Of a stretch of 64,000 bases of DNA, positions 62,959 to 64,000 are shown one piece after another. The notes under the pieces were generated by a model. It was not told the DNA's origin. It saw only the letters and a list, made by a program, of their open reading frames with translations, and searched no databases. Origin of the DNA: a virus; IMG/VR virus record IMGVR_UViG_3300042090_000646, positions 1 through 64,000 of that record. One strand, 5' to 3'. How positions within the stretch are numbered: position 1 is the first letter of the stretch; each line of letters begins with the position of its first letter. Made by a program: the position numbers and the translations under genes.

Positions 62959-64000
62959 AGACCAGACAGCCCGCGCCGCGGCCATCCTGGCGCCCCTGAA
63001 TGCCCTGGACCGGGACTCCCGTATCCAGATGCTTGGGGCTCGCCTAGACCTGTTCGCGGCGGCCACACTGAAGATCCGGACCAAGCAGGGCGGCCCGCTC
63101 CTGCCCTTCGCCGTCAACCCGATCCAGATGGACTACCTCCGAACCATCCGGAGGCGCCATGCCGTAGAGAAGGGGATCGACAAGTTCCGAGGGATACGGG
63201 ATGCCATCGTCAAGCCGAGGCAGCTTGGCTTCTCAACTTTTATTGCTGCTTTGTTTTTCATGGATGGAATCAAGAACCCTGGCCGCGTCACGGTCGTCTT
63301 AAGCCACGACAAAGACATTTCTGAGATTCTCCTTGAAACATATCGATTATTTTTCGAGCATCTCCCGGCAAATCTCCAGGGAGCCCTGACCCTAGAATCC
63401 GATACCAAATATGAATTCGAGGTGGTATTTCCTGGGGATCAGGCGGTCAACCCGCCGTCTAAGTTCATCATCGACACCGAGGCCGGGCATCCCTGGCGCG
63501 GCGGGGTGATCCACAACCTCCACGCATCTGAAGCCGCCTTCTACCGCAACTTCCCAGGATTCATGGCCAGCTACGTCCAGGGCGTCGGCGCCGATGGGAA
63601 CATCCTGCTGGAAACCACGGCCAACGGCCAGAACGACTACTACCGGTTGGTCATGCAGGCCATGGAGGGTGCCAGTCCCTACGACGTTGTCTTCTACCCA
63701 TGGTTCAGGCACCCTGAGTATCGGCTGCCCTGGACCAGCGACCAAGCTCCGATCCAATGTCGAAACGAGATGGAGCGAGGGCACGAGGAAGAGTCCGAGC
63801 AGGCCCTAATGGAGCGCGAGGGCCTGGACCTCCAGCAAATCGCATGGCGCCGGAACAAGATGAAGGAACTGGGAGACCTGTTCATGCAGGAATACCCAGA
63901 GAGCCTCCTGGGTGCCTTCCTATCGACCGGCAGGCCGTTCTTCGATGCCAAAATCGTCAACACCCAGATGGAAGCTGCCCGCAAGCTGCCCCGCCCCCAA
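62945..64000 (+). CDS. terL: Terminase large subunit (3'-truncated)
   Basis: Not in ORF track. Manual translation gives KPRQLGFST (Walker A), LHASEAAF (Walker B), ETTANG, FYPW, QEYP..AF..TG. Confidence 0.92.
   Translation, partial: MTLLEDQTARAAAILAPLNALDRDSRIQMLGARLDLFAAATLKIRTKQGGPLLPFAVNPIQMDYLRTIRRRHAVEKGIDKFRGIRDAIVKPRQLGFSTFIAALFFMDGIKNPGRVTVVLSHDKDISEILLETYRLFFEHLPANLQGALTLESDTKYEFEVVFPGDQAVNPPSKFIIDTEAGHPWRGGVIHNLHASEAAFYRNFPGFMASYVQGVGADGNILLETTANGQNDYYRLVMQAMEGASPYDVVFYPWFRHPEYRLPWTSDQAPIQCRNEMERGHEEESEQALMEREGLDLQQIAWRRNKMKELGDLFMQEYPESLLGAFLSTGRPFFDAKIVNTQMEAARKLPRPQ

Overview
The whole window looks like one GC-rich, probably temperate myovirus (phage or prophage) of a diderm host. 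The host type is inferred from separate i-/o-spanin genes. No host chromosomal genes, integrase or portal gene are visible, and both ends cut genes. Order: leftward early operon (1-4155); a minus-strand cluster of large effector-type proteins (4510-21643: pyrophosphatase plus intein-split SNF2-like helicase, PBECR-like nuclease, Nudix, kinase plus ADP-ribosyltransferase); head genes (protease, scaffold, major capsid); contractile-tail and baseplate genes with a three-gene block in opposite orientation; lysis cassette; XRE repressor; rightward recombination/replication operon (SSAP, RusA-like, J-domain, initiator with iterons, DnaB); many small late/accessory genes; and a partial terminase large subunit. 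The most striking feature is a 366-aa intein in the Walker A motif of the helicase. Its endonuclease is not in the intein frame: a separate HNH gene with its own RBS lies on the opposite strand inside the intein, and the intein frame stays open across it. Second, the effector proteins share a short K-x-H/Y-x-R-x-x-NGK-x-V-x-V motif, and share Phi-x-K-[A/S/G] sites with the scaffold and capsid proteins, suggesting a capsid cargo-loading code. All family calls are from motif recognition by eye, not database searches.
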